Below, piece by piece: positions 17,228 to 25,523 of a stretch of 64,000 bases of DNA. This DNA comes from Solirubrobacterales bacterium (GTDB taxonomy: Bacteria > Actinomycetota > Thermoleophilia > Solirubrobacterales > 70-9), in assembly GCA_038206985.1 (NCBI GenBank), contig JBBRAH010000010.1, positions 8,908-72,907 of the forward strand. Reading direction: 5' to 3'. Below the pieces are notes generated by a model that was given only the letters and a program-made list of their open reading frames with translations, did not search any database and had not been told where the DNA came from. The position numbers and the translations under genes were made by a program. The stretch's first letter is position 1; every line of letters starts with the position of its first letter.

Positions 17228-18464
17228 AGGGCCGGGGCCGGGGAAGGGACCGGGGGAAATTATTGCCTGGGGCAGCCGCGGCCAGCCGCTCTCCGGTGCG
17301 TGCTGCTGCTTCCGCCCAGGAGTATCTGGCGCTCGGCCCGGGCCGGGGGACTGCGAGCGCAACCGACAACGCCGCTGCCAGCGCGCCCACATCCCCGACC
17401 GGGAAGAGCTTCGCGCCGGGCCCCGCGGTCTCACGGTGGGGCGGAATGTCGCTGAGCACCGCCCTGGCTCCGCAGGCGGCCGCCTCGAGTGCGCTTAGGC
17501 CGAGGCCCTCGAAACGGGAGGCAGAGACGAGTGCCTCGCAGTCGCTGTAGAGCGCGGCGAGCGTTCCGTCGCTCACATGGCCGGGCGCGTGAAGTCGCTC
17601 TTTGAGGCCGAGTCTGCGGGCCCTGGCGAGCACTTCGGGCGCGGTCGAGCCATAGGACCCCCGGTGCGCGCCGACGAGGACCACGTCGAGACCGGCGAGC
17701 ATTCCCCCCATTTGATCGAGCAGGGGCAGCGCCTCCAGCACGAGGCCGGGGTCCTTGTGCCGGTTGAGGCCCGAGGACACGAGCACGAAGCGGGCCCCCT
17801 CCCCCAGGCCCGCCAGATTCCGGGCCTGCTCGATCTCCGCCGGGGAGCGCGGCCGGAAGGCCCGGTCGACTGCAACCGGGAGAAGTCCGAGGGGGATCGT
17901 CGGCGGAACGGAGGCGGCGAGCTGCGTCCTGCTCGCCTCGGAGACGGCGAGAACGCTTGCGGCAGAACGCAGCGCCAGGGACTGCTTGGCAGCCGCGAGC
18001 AGGCGGTCTCGGCGGCTCGGATAGAAGAGCGCGGCCTGCCCGCCGGGCGGCTTTACGTCGTGGAAGACCACCAGCTGCCGGACGCCGGGGGTCGGAAACC
18101 AACCGACCGCTGAAGGCTGCAGCAGGGCGACGGGCCGCGCACGGAGCGCCTTCAGGCCGCAGCGCAACAGGACCCCGACCGGGCGCCTGCCTCCGGCGGC
18201 GAGATCCGTCCCGGGCTGCTCCTCGCGACCAAGGGGGAGGAGCGTCGCCCTTCCACCGAGGGAGGCATCGATCGCTGCTGCATCGTCTGCATGGCAGAGC
18301 ACGGCGAGCCCGCCGGCGGGGCCAGGGGCCAGGGGCTCGCCCAGAGAGGCGGCCAGCTCCGGCAGGAGACCCCGCAGAAAGCGGCCCTCCCCACGGGGGT
18401 TGGCCCATCCCGTGGCGTCGACCGCAAAGGTCGCAACCGCGCCACGCGGGCGGACCTCACTCAC
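17217..18464 (-). CDS. Glycosyltransferase family 4 (GT-B, GT1-superfamily)
   Basis: The C-terminal Glycos_transf_1 pattern is LVSASRFEGLGLSALEAAACGARAVLSDIPPHRE. GTG at 18464 overlaps the stop of the upstream OCD gene by 8 nt (GTGAGTGA). Confidence 0.8.
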   Translation of the reverse strand: MSEVRPRGAVATFAVDATGWANPRGEGRFLRGLLPELAASLGEPLAPGPAGGLAVLCHADDAAAIDASLGGRATLLPLGREEQPGTDLAAGGRRPVGVLLRCGLKALRARPVALLQPSAVGWFPTPGVRQLVVFHDVKPPGGQAALFYPSRRDRLLAAAKQSLALRSAASVLAVSEASRTQLAASVPPTIPLGLLPVAVDRAFRPRSPAEIEQARNLAGLGEGARFVLVSSGLNRHKDPGLVLEALPLLDQMGGMLAGLDVVLVGAHRGSYGSTAPEVLARARRLGLKERLHAPGHVSDGTLAALYSDCEALVSASRFEGLGLSALEAAACGARAVLSDIPPHRETAGPGAKLFPVGDVGALAAALSVALAVPRPGPSARYSWAEAAARTGERLAAAAPGNNFPRSLPRPRPFRR

Positions 18465-19404
18465 CTCCGAGCTCTACGGCCGGTGCCGTTCCTGCCGCTA
18501 GAGCCTCCTCGTAGGCCGCGATCGCGATCGCCAGGTCCTGCGTCGCCAGCCCGGTTGAATCGAAGAGTGTGATCGAGTCGGCGCCGGCGCGTCCCAGGTG
18601 CTCACCGCAGAGCACGGCGCCCAACTCGGTCACGGCCGCACGATCCAGCTCCCCGCGTCTCGACGGGCCGGCCAGCTCACCCCCCACGGATGCTTGCGCC
18701 CACTCGTCGCAGAAGACCTCGCACCGTCCCAGCTCGGTCGGATCGACCTCGGCCTTGCCCTTCGCGTCGGCACCGAGGACCGCGTAGTGCGAGCCCGACT
18801 CCATCCGACCCGCGCCGATCACCGGGTGCTCGCCCGGCGTCACGGTCACGACGACATCACATTCGAGAGCAGCCGAGACACCGGCGACCCGCCAGCCGAG
18901 CTCCTCGGCAAGGTCCGCGGCCGCAGCCTCCCGGATATCGGCACACAGCCCGGGCCCGTAGCCGACAGCGTTGAGGCAGCGCGCCGCCCACGCACCGTTG
19001 ACACCGCAGCCGACGATCCCGACGCTGGAGGCGGAGGGGCGCGCCAGGGCCTGGGCCGAGACCGCGGCAGCCGCACCGGTGCGCAGCGAGGTCACCGTCG
19101 CGCAGTCGAGGATCGCGAGCAGCGCTCCCGTCTCGGCGCTGGAAAGCAGCAGCGCCCCGGCAACAACCGGCAGGCCGCGCTCGGGGTTACCCGGAAACGA
19201 AGTGACCCACTTCAGGGAGGCGTAGCCGGAACCGCGGGCCGGCATCGCCCGGAAGTCGCCCCCGGGCGGAGCACTCACGTAGACCTTGGCCGGCATCTCC
19301 CACTCGCCACGGTGGTGGCGCTCGAACGACTCGCGCGTCAGCTCGACCGCCCGGGCCGGGGAGACCGCACCGAGAATCGCTTCGCTGTCGAGGACGAGCG
19401 CCAC
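18457..19404 (-). CDS. Ornithine cyclodeaminase / mu-crystallin family protein
   Basis: It reads ASLKWVTSFPGNPERGLPVVAGALLLSSAETGALLAILDCATVTSLRTGAAAAV...VGIVGCGVNG...ITLFDSTGLATQDLA. GTG start. Confidence 0.8.
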   Translation of the reverse strand: MALVLDSEAILGAVSPARAVELTRESFERHHRGEWEMPAKVYVSAPPGGDFRAMPARGSGYASLKWVTSFPGNPERGLPVVAGALLLSSAETGALLAILDCATVTSLRTGAAAAVSAQALARPSASSVGIVGCGVNGAWAARCLNAVGYGPGLCADIREAAAADLAEELGWRVAGVSAALECDVVVTVTPGEHPVIGAGRMESGSHYAVLGADAKGKAEVDPTELGRCEVFCDEWAQASVGGELAGPSRRGELDRAAVTELGAVLCGEHLGRAGADSITLFDSTGLATQDLAIAIAAYEEALAAGTAPAVELGGE

Positions 19405-19436
19405 CCCCGGATTGATACTCCCCCGAGCGCCTCGAG

Positions 19437-19712
19437 GTGCGTAACCTTGCGGCCGTGAGCAGCAACGGCAACCGCAAGCCCCCGCGCCCGCAGATCGAGA
19501 TGCTCGCTTCCGCCGAGCCGGCCGAAGCCGCTGCCGTGATCGCAGCGGTCGAGCAGTTCATCGCCGAGACGGCGCCCGCTCCCCAGTCGAGCCCGGCCGT
19601 GAATCCCTGGCAGCGCGCCGCCCTGCTCGAGGGGGTGAGGGCCAAGGAGGCCTTCGCCTCACCCTGGGGCGAAGAGCGCACCTGGGGCGCGCGCCACTCC
19701 CACAAGCACTGA
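19437..19712 (+). CDS. Small hypothetical protein, possibly acyl-CoA carboxylase epsilon-subunit-like
   Basis: The stop overlaps the kinase ATG (TGATG). AEPAEAAAVIAAVEQFIAETAPAP...NPWQRAAL...SPWGEERTWG recalls the ACC_epsilon layout (acidic/Ala-rich helix, Pro/Ala linker, Trp-containing tail). The start is uncertain: GTG at 19437 or 19455, or ATG at 19500. Confidence 0.4.
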   Translation: MRNLAAVSSNGNRKPPRPQIEMLASAEPAEAAAVIAAVEQFIAETAPAPQSSPAVNPWQRAALLEGVRAKEAFASPWGEERTWGARHSHKH

Positions 19713-20836
19713 TGGCCGAAGGCGTCGCGGACGGGCGCTACCGGCTCGAGGAGGTGATCGGCACCGGCGGCATGGCGACCGTCTGGCGGGCCCGGGACAC
19801 CCAGCTCGAGCGGCAGGTCGCGGTCAAGCAGATCTCGGACACCCTAAGCCACGACGAGGACTTCATGGCCCGCTTCCGGCGCGAGGCGATGATTGCCTCC
19901 TCGCTGCAGCATCCGAATCTGGTCCGGATCTTCGACTTCGATCCCGATGCCGAGCGCCCGTTCATCGTGATGGAGCTGATCGAGGGCCCGACGCTCGCCG
20001 AGTTGCTCGCCGAAGAGGCCCCGCTCGATCCCGCCGCGCTCGCCGAACAGTTGCTGGCGGCGCTGGATCACATCCACTCCGCCGGAATCGTGCACAGGGA
20101 TGTGAAGCCCGCCAACATCCTCGCCGACGGCTCCGGCGTCTTCCGGCTGACCGACTTCGGCATTGCCCGCGCGGCCGATGCGACCCGCTACACGGCGACG
20201 GGTCAGGTGATCGGCACCCTGCGCTATATGGCCCCCGAGATCCAGGCGGGTGAGCCCGCGAGCCCGGCCTCGGATCTCTATGCGGCCGGCATCGTCCTGG
20301 GCGAGGCGGGTCTCAGCGAAGCGGCCACCGCAGCGCTTCGTGATCCGGATCCCGCCCGGCGACCGGAGTCGGCGGCCGCTGCAGCCCTGCTGGTGTTGGG
20401 CTCCGGCCAGGCGGGGGCCGGGGGCGACACCGAGCTGATGCCGACCGAGCCGCTCGAGGCCGGTGGCGCCGCACCGGTGGCTGCGGCGCCCGTCGCCGCC
20501 GGGGGCCGCCGTCGGGTCGGCGCATTGCTGGCCGTGGCGGGCGTGGCCGCCGTGCTGATCGCGGCTGTCGCGCTGTCGGGCAGCGACGACCCCGCCACCA
20601 CCGGCTCGGGCCAGCAGAGGGAGAAGACCGCCTCCGAATCGACAACGACAGCGGAGCCGACCACACCGACGACCACGACCACGACCGAGACGTCGACGAT
20701 CCCCCCACCCGCGCCGGCCGCCGAGAATCCCGTGGGCAAGGAGCCTCCCGGTAAGGAGGAGAAGGACGCGAAGGAACCGAAGCCACCCAAGGAGGAGAAG
20801 CCAAAGAAGGAACCCAAGGAGGAGAAGAAGAAGTAG
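19712..20836 (+). CDS. Hanks-type Ser/Thr protein kinase with one TM segment and a Thr/Pro then Lys/Glu/Pro low-complexity tail
   Basis: Kinase motifs are GTGGMATVWRA, AVK, HRDVKPANIL, DFGIA and YMAPE. The TM segment is VGALLAVAGVAAVLIAAVALS. The tail reads TTTAEPTTPTTTTTTETS...KEPPGKEEKDAKEPKPPKEEKPKKEPKEEKKK. Confidence 0.9.
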   Translation: MAEGVADGRYRLEEVIGTGGMATVWRARDTQLERQVAVKQISDTLSHDEDFMARFRREAMIASSLQHPNLVRIFDFDPDAERPFIVMELIEGPTLAELLAEEAPLDPAALAEQLLAALDHIHSAGIVHRDVKPANILADGSGVFRLTDFGIARAADATRYTATGQVIGTLRYMAPEIQAGEPASPASDLYAAGIVLGEAGLSEAATAALRDPDPARRPESAAAAALLVLGSGQAGAGGDTELMPTEPLEAGGAAPVAAAPVAAGGRRRVGALLAVAGVAAVLIAAVALSGSDDPATTGSGQQREKTASESTTTAEPTTPTTTTTTETSTIPPPAPAAENPVGKEPPGKEEKDAKEPKPPKEEKPKKEPKEEKKK

Positions 20837-20906
20837 CTGGGGCTGTCGGCGCCTCCCTGGTCCCCCCGCGCGATAAAAGTTCCCAACCCAACCCAAGGAG
20901 TAGCTC

Positions 20907-21116
20907 GTGGCCGTAGTGAAGATCATCGAACTGGTGGGAAGCTCGAAGGAGTCGACCGACGATGCCGCCCGACAGGCGCTGAAGAGCGCCCAGGGCAAGC
21001 TCCGCAACATCCGCGCAGTTGACATCGTCAGCACGGGGCTCCGCGGCGAGAACCTCGACGAGTACCGCGCCCACGTCCGGGTCGCCTTCCTGGTCGAGAG
21101 CGCCGAAGTGGACTGA
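20907..21116 (+). CDS. Dodecin-family flavin-binding protein
   Basis: This 69-aa protein reads VKIIELVGSSKESTDDAARQALKSA...IRAVDIVSTGLRGE...YRAHVRVAF, matching the dodecin pattern. An AAGGAG Shine-Dalgarno lies 7-12 nt upstream of the GTG. Confidence 0.75.
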   Translation: MAVVKIIELVGSSKESTDDAARQALKSAQGKLRNIRAVDIVSTGLRGENLDEYRAHVRVAFLVESAEVD

Positions 21117-21130
21117 TCTATATGTATTCA

Positions 21131-21154
21131 CCCTAATCCCAGTCAGGATTAGGG
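21131..21154 (+). terminator. Perfect 9-bp stem hairpin (CCCTAATCC-cagtca-GGATTAGGG). Candidate dodecin terminator or operator upstream of the sulfite reductase gene.
   Basis: Read directly. It lies 15 nt after the dodecin stop in a locally AT-richer spacer, 76 nt before the sulfite reductase ATG. There is no clear T-tract. A hairpin of this size is not statistically rare in 64 kb. Confidence 0.35.
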
Positions 21155-21229
21155 ACTTTGATACCGTCCCGGTGAACTTCCGGGGCTGAAGCGCCCTGCC
21201 CGTCCAGCTATCAGGGAGAGAACTCCGCG

Positions 21230-23125
21230 ATGGAACCGACCGCCGCCCCCCGCAAAGCCGTTGAGCCGAAGGCCAAGGGCACCGAGGCCGACCTCGATCA
21301 GGACCTGCTCAAGAGGCAGGAGGGCAAGGGCAAGCTCGGCTCCAGGGACAACCCGGAGTCCTACGAGAACATCCCCGGGCACATCATCCCGATCCTCAGC
21401 AATGAGTTCGAGGACTTCGACTTCGAGTCCGACAAGTTCCTCGACGGCGACACGCCCGAGAACCAGTTCATCGGCTTCCGACTCAAGCAGGGCGTCTATG
21501 GACAGCGCCAGCCCAACGTGCAGATGGTGCGCGTGAAGCTGCCGCTCGGCGGCGTCACGCCCGATCAGATGGACTCCTTCGCCGAGGTCGTCGAGCGCTG
21601 GGCCCCGCTCAACAAGGGTCACATCACGACGCGGCAGAACATCCAGATCCACCACGTGCCGCTCAGCGACATGAAGGAACTGATCAAGGTGATCAGCGCC
21701 ACCGGCCTCTCCAGCCGCGAGGGCTGCGGCAACACGGTCCGAAACGTCACCGGCGATCCCTGGGCCGGCGTCAGCGAGAACGAGGTCTTCGACCCGACCA
21801 ACCTCGCGGTCGCATACGTGCGCTATTTCGTGCGCCACCCGACCACGCAGCTGATGCCGCGCAAGATCAAGACCGCCTTCGACGGCACGCCCGGCGAGGA
21901 TCGCTCGATCACGGGCATCCACGACATCGGCTTCATCTCGCGGATCAAGGACGGCAAGCGCGGCTTCGAGGTCCGGGTCGGCGGTGGCACCTCGATCATG
22001 CCCCGCATCGCCCCCACCCTCTACGACTTCGTCGAGGCAGACAACGGCGATTTCCTCAAGGTCTCCGAGGCCGTCTTCCGGATCTTCGACCGCCAGGAGT
22101 GGCTACGCGTCAACCGCGCCCGTGCTCGGATCAAGGTCCTCGTCGACAAGATCGGCATGGACGCCTTCCGCGAGATGGTCGACCGCGAGCTCGAGGGCGA
22201 CTGGGTCTCCGAGCGCGATTTCTCGATCGAGCATCTGCTCGGCACCGACGACGAGGAGCGCCGCGCGCCCGAGGCACCGGCCAACCCCAGTTCCCCGAAC
22301 GGGGATCTCGCCGAGTTCGAGCGCTTCTGCCTCGACAACGTTCTGCCGCAGCGCCAGGAGGGCTACTCGACCGTCGAGATCAAGGTCACCCGCGGCGACC
22401 TCACCCCGGAGCAGTTCCGCGGCCTCGGGCAGCTGATGCGCGACTACACCGGCGGCAACGCCAGGACCACCATCGAGCAGAACTTCGTCCTGCGCTGGGT
22501 CCGCAACGAGGCGCTCTACGATGTCTACAAGGCGCTCGGTGAGCTGGGACTCGACGATCCCGGCGCCGGCACGATCACGGACACGGTCAGCTGCCCCGGA
22601 ACCGACTCCTGCAAGCTCGGCATCACCGCCTCGATGGGGCTCAACCGCGCCCTGCAGGCCAAGATCGACGAGATGCAGATCGACGATCCGCTGAGCAAGA
22701 AGATCCACCTGAAGATGAGCGGCTGCCCCAATGGCTGCGGTCAGCATCACATCGGCTCGATCGGCTTCTACGGCGCCTCGCTGAAGGTCAACGGCCACCA
22801 GATGCCCGCCTACATCCCGCACATCGGCGGCGATGTGAGCGGCGGCAAGGTCGTCTACGGCGGCCGGCTCAAGGTGCGGTTGCCCGCCAAGCGGGTACCC
22901 GAGGCCGTCGAGCGCTGGATCCGGATGTACGAGGCCGAGCGCACCGACGACAGCGAGGACTTCCTCCGCTACGCCGAGCGCGTCGGCAACGAGCGTTTCG
23001 AGGAGGAGATCAAGAAGCTCGCGCTGCCCGCCGAGTTCAACCTCGACAACCTGCTCGACTTCATCGACTGGAGCCGCCGCGATCCCTACAAGGTCGAGCG
23101 CGGCGAGGGCGAATGCGCGATCTGA
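21230..23125 (+). CDS. Ferredoxin-dependent sulfite (nitrite/sulfite) reductase, siroheme/4Fe-4S
   Basis: There are two NIR_SIR halves. The cluster/siroheme Cys motifs are SCPGTDSCKLG and SGCPNGCGQHH. The N-terminal half contains REGCGNTVRNVT. Confidence 0.9.
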   Translation: MEPTAAPRKAVEPKAKGTEADLDQDLLKRQEGKGKLGSRDNPESYENIPGHIIPILSNEFEDFDFESDKFLDGDTPENQFIGFRLKQGVYGQRQPNVQMVRVKLPLGGVTPDQMDSFAEVVERWAPLNKGHITTRQNIQIHHVPLSDMKELIKVISATGLSSREGCGNTVRNVTGDPWAGVSENEVFDPTNLAVAYVRYFVRHPTTQLMPRKIKTAFDGTPGEDRSITGIHDIGFISRIKDGKRGFEVRVGGGTSIMPRIAPTLYDFVEADNGDFLKVSEAVFRIFDRQEWLRVNRARARIKVLVDKIGMDAFREMVDRELEGDWVSERDFSIEHLLGTDDEERRAPEAPANPSSPNGDLAEFERFCLDNVLPQRQEGYSTVEIKVTRGDLTPEQFRGLGQLMRDYTGGNARTTIEQNFVLRWVRNEALYDVYKALGELGLDDPGAGTITDTVSCPGTDSCKLGITASMGLNRALQAKIDEMQIDDPLSKKIHLKMSGCPNGCGQHHIGSIGFYGASLKVNGHQMPAYIPHIGGDVSGGKVVYGGRLKVRLPAKRVPEAVERWIRMYEAERTDDSEDFLRYAERVGNERFEEEIKKLALPAEFNLDNLLDFIDWSRRDPYKVERGEGECAI

Positions 23126-23147
23126 GCCCTCGCCCATAGACACCACG

Positions 23148-23966
23148 ATGAGCGCTACCCGTGATCGAGTCGAGGGGAGAGCGCCGCAAGCCGGCGTCGC
23201 TGACCCGATCGCGGACATGAGCATCGAGCAGGTGCCCGATGTCGCTGAGCCGAAGAGGGATGCCAACGAGTTGCTCACCGCCGACGGGACGCTGATCGAC
23301 CCACGCGAGGTCGCGGCCGAGCTCGAGGACCGGACGGCCGAGGAGACGATCCGCTGGGCATTGAAGACGTTCCACCCCCGACTGCGGATCGCCTGCTCGT
23401 TTCAGAAGACGAGCTCAGTGACGATCGACATCGCGCACAAGATCGACCCGAGCGCCAACTTCTTCTACCTCGACACCGACGTGCTCTTCGAAGAGACCTA
23501 CGTGACCCGCGACGCGATCGCGGCAAAGTACGGGATCGAGTTCCTGCGCTACTCCGGAATCTCCCTCCAGGAGCAGGAGGACCTCTACGGCGCCGCGCTC
23601 TGGGACCGTCAGCCCGACGCCTGCTGCGGCATCCGCAAAGTCGAGCCGATGCGCGAAGCGCTCTCGGGGATCGACTGCTGGGTCTCAGGCATCCGCCGGG
23701 AGGACTCCGAAACGCGCGCCGGAGCCGCCAAGTTCGGCTGGGACCGCCGCTTCGGCCTCTGGAAGCTCAACCCGCTCGCCGACTGGACCGAGGCCCAGGT
23801 CTGGGACTACATCCACGACAACGACCTTCCCTACAACCCCCTTCACGACGCCGGCTACCCCTCGATCGGCTGCACCCACTGCACCCGCCCGCCCGGAGCC
23901 GGCGGCCACCCCCGCTCGGGACGCTGGGCCGACGCCCACAAGACCGAGTGCGGCCTCCACGGCTGA
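23148..23966 (+). CDS. cysH: Adenosine 5'-phosphosulfate (APS) reductase, Fe-S cluster type CysH
   Basis: PAPS_reduct fold. The CC pair (DACCGIRKVEP) plus CxxC (GCTHCT) are diagnostic of 4Fe-4S APS reductases, and the C-terminal catalytic motif is KTECGLHG. Confidence 0.9.
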   Translation: MSATRDRVEGRAPQAGVADPIADMSIEQVPDVAEPKRDANELLTADGTLIDPREVAAELEDRTAEETIRWALKTFHPRLRIACSFQKTSSVTIDIAHKIDPSANFFYLDTDVLFEETYVTRDAIAAKYGIEFLRYSGISLQEQEDLYGAALWDRQPDACCGIRKVEPMREALSGIDCWVSGIRREDSETRAGAAKFGWDRRFGLWKLNPLADWTEAQVWDYIHDNDLPYNPLHDAGYPSIGCTHCTRPPGAGGHPRSGRWADAHKTECGLHG

Positions 23967-24006
23967 GGGCCGCGGGCCAAGCCGCAGACCCGGGCCACCC
24001 GCAATC

Positions 24007-24068
24007 AGTGGTGCTTTTGGGCGTAAGCGTGGGTTCCTGCCACAGACCACACCACGAAAAGCACCACT
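24007..24068. repeat. 12-bp perfect inverted repeat (AGTGGTGCTTTT ... AAAAGCACCACT) with a 38-nt spacer
   Basis: Read directly in the cysH/DUF4160 intergenic region at the left edge of the accessory islet. Confidence 0.6.
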
Positions 24069-24147
24069 CCCCCACGCACGAGTGCCAATCCTGAAGGGAA
24101 CACTGATTTGGCCTTGACGGGGTGAATCTGAGAGCCAAGATGGCCGC

Positions 24148-24417
24148 ATGCCCCGCATCTCGAGCTTCTACGGAATCGTGATCTGGATGTACCACGACGA
24201 GATCCACCATCGCGGTCGGCCTCACTTCCATGCCACCTATGCCGAACACGAGGCCTCGATCGAGATCGAGAGCCTGCAGGTACTGGCCGGCGGCTTGCCT
24301 CCGCGGGCCCTGCGGCTGGTCCTCGAGTGGGCCTCGGTCCACCGAGACGAGCTCGACCACAACTGGCATCTGGCCCGTGCCGCCCAGGCGCTGGAGCCGG
24401 TTGATCCTCTGCCATGA
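24148..24417 (+). CDS. DUF4160 domain protein
   Basis: MPRISSFYGIVIWMYHDEIHHRGRPHFHATYAEHEASIEIES is the characteristic DUF4160 N-terminus. Confidence 0.75.
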   Translation: MPRISSFYGIVIWMYHDEIHHRGRPHFHATYAEHEASIEIESLQVLAGGLPPRALRLVLEWASVHRDELDHNWHLARAAQALEPVDPLP

Positions 24418-24704
24418 GCGCCCTACTCTTTAGCCAGATGCGCGGAACCCCACAGCTGCTCGAGGCCCAGCCGCTCGAAGGCCATCGCGTGCATGTCCGC
24501 TTTGAGGACGGTGTGGCCGCTGAGGTCGATCTCCGCTACCTCGTCGACTACGGCGGTGTCTTTGAGCCGCTCCGCGACCCTGACTTCTTCCGGCGGCTGC
24601 ACGCCAGCTCCGAGGCAGGAACGATCGTCTGGCCCAACGACGCCGACATCGCACCGGAGACGCTCTACGAGCTGGCTCGCAAGTACAGCCGGGCCACTGC
24701 CTAG
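24414..24704 (+). CDS. DUF2442 domain protein
   Basis: ATGA overlap with the DUF4160 gene. It reads LEGHRVHVRFEDGVAAEVDLRYL...WPNDADIAPETLYE, typical of DUF2442. This is the usual two-gene pairing. Confidence 0.7.
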   Translation: MSALLFSQMRGTPQLLEAQPLEGHRVHVRFEDGVAAEVDLRYLVDYGGVFEPLRDPDFFRRLHASSEAGTIVWPNDADIAPETLYELARKYSRATA

Positions 24705-24827
24705 AGCGCACTGCATAGACCGCGAGTGGTTTCCGGCTTCCTACTTGGCGGTTCCGCGGAACCGGTGCCGCCGGAACCTCCCCCTGTGGGGTGAGGTGCC
24801 TCGCGAGTTCGGATCGGCCATGGCGGT

Positions 24828-24840
24828 TTGCGCGAGAAGG
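24828..24840 (+). repeat. Short intergenic motif copy 1 (TTGCGCGAGAAGG)
   Basis: Exact 13-mer shared with copy 3. It lies between the convergent DUF2442 and HIRAN gene ends. Confidence 0.4.
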
Positions 24841-24853
24841 ACTGCTAGGAGCG

Positions 24854-25315
24854 TCAGCCCTGCTTATTCAGCGGCACGAGGACGGGGTGACCGTGTGGGA
24901 TGTTCAGGCGCACCCCGATCTTGCCGCCCTTCTGGCAGCCCACGAATGCGGGAACGGTGACCTGGCCGCCAAGCTTCGCCACGCGACGGTGGTACATCCT
25001 CGCCGAACCCCGAGCCAAATAGCCGACCTTCCGCCCCCCAAGGTCGATCCGAACGGCGTGCTTGTCGTAGGCGTTCTCAGGCTCACAAACCATGTCCGCC
25101 GACGCCTCCTCGATCCGAACCTCATCGTCGCCTTTACGGTCGCAGAACGCCACGAGGGCGGGCTGGTACCGCGACTCCCCAACGATGCTGATGCTCGTCT
25201 GGTTGTCCCAGGGCCGAGGATCGTCCTTTCGATCTCGGGGGCCGCGCTTCTCAAGTACGGCGTCGACGGCCTCCTGTGACCCATAGCGGCCGAAGATCCG
25301 GTCCATGAAACCCAT
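24854..25315 (-). CDS. Stand-alone HIRAN domain protein
   Basis: SISIVGESRYQPAL...VCEPENAYDKHAVRIDLGGRKVGYLARGSA matches the HIRAN pattern (VVG..yY ... EP.N.yD.nAi.V...g..vGYl.r). Confidence 0.7.
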   Translation of the reverse strand: MGFMDRIFGRYGSQEAVDAVLEKRGPRDRKDDPRPWDNQTSISIVGESRYQPALVAFCDRKGDDEVRIEEASADMVCEPENAYDKHAVRIDLGGRKVGYLARGSARMYHRRVAKLGGQVTVPAFVGCQKGGKIGVRLNIPHGHPVLVPLNKQG

Positions 25316-25488
25316 TCATCCACTCCTCTTGCACAGCCCGCCGCAGTCTTGGTCGGAGCATATTCCGCCAGCGTCAGAGCTTGTCGCCTCGATCCTAGGT
25401 CGGCTAAGCTTAGGCGGCGCCATGACCCGAGCGCCAGCCGCGTCCTAGTTTGCCTTTCGTTGCGCCCGACGGGCTCGCGCCGGGCATT

Positions 25489-25508
25489 TGCAGTTGCGCG
25501 AAAAGACA
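25489..25508 (+). repeat. Short intergenic motif copy 2 (TGCAGTTGCGCGAAAAGACA)
   Basis: 18/20 identity with copy 3. It lies between the HIRAN gene start and the end of the next gene. Confidence 0.5.
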
Positions 25509-25523
25509 AACGGATGCGTTGAG

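Noticed and set aside
24000-24147. Search for a tRNA gene or att site as the integration target at the left islet boundary
   Set aside because: There is no cloverleaf-compatible sequence or GGTTCGAATCC-like T-arm. I also found no convincing direct repeat of the left boundary at the right boundary (27540-27632).
24749-24764. 16-bp perfect palindrome CGGTTCCGCGGAACCG with nearby GGTTTCCGG and CCGGAACC half-sites between the convergent DUF2442 and HIRAN genes
   Set aside because: A 16-bp perfect palindrome is expected about once by chance in 64 kb, and more often in GC-rich DNA. It lies between two 3' ends, so an operator role is unlikely. At most it is a weak bidirectional terminator stem.
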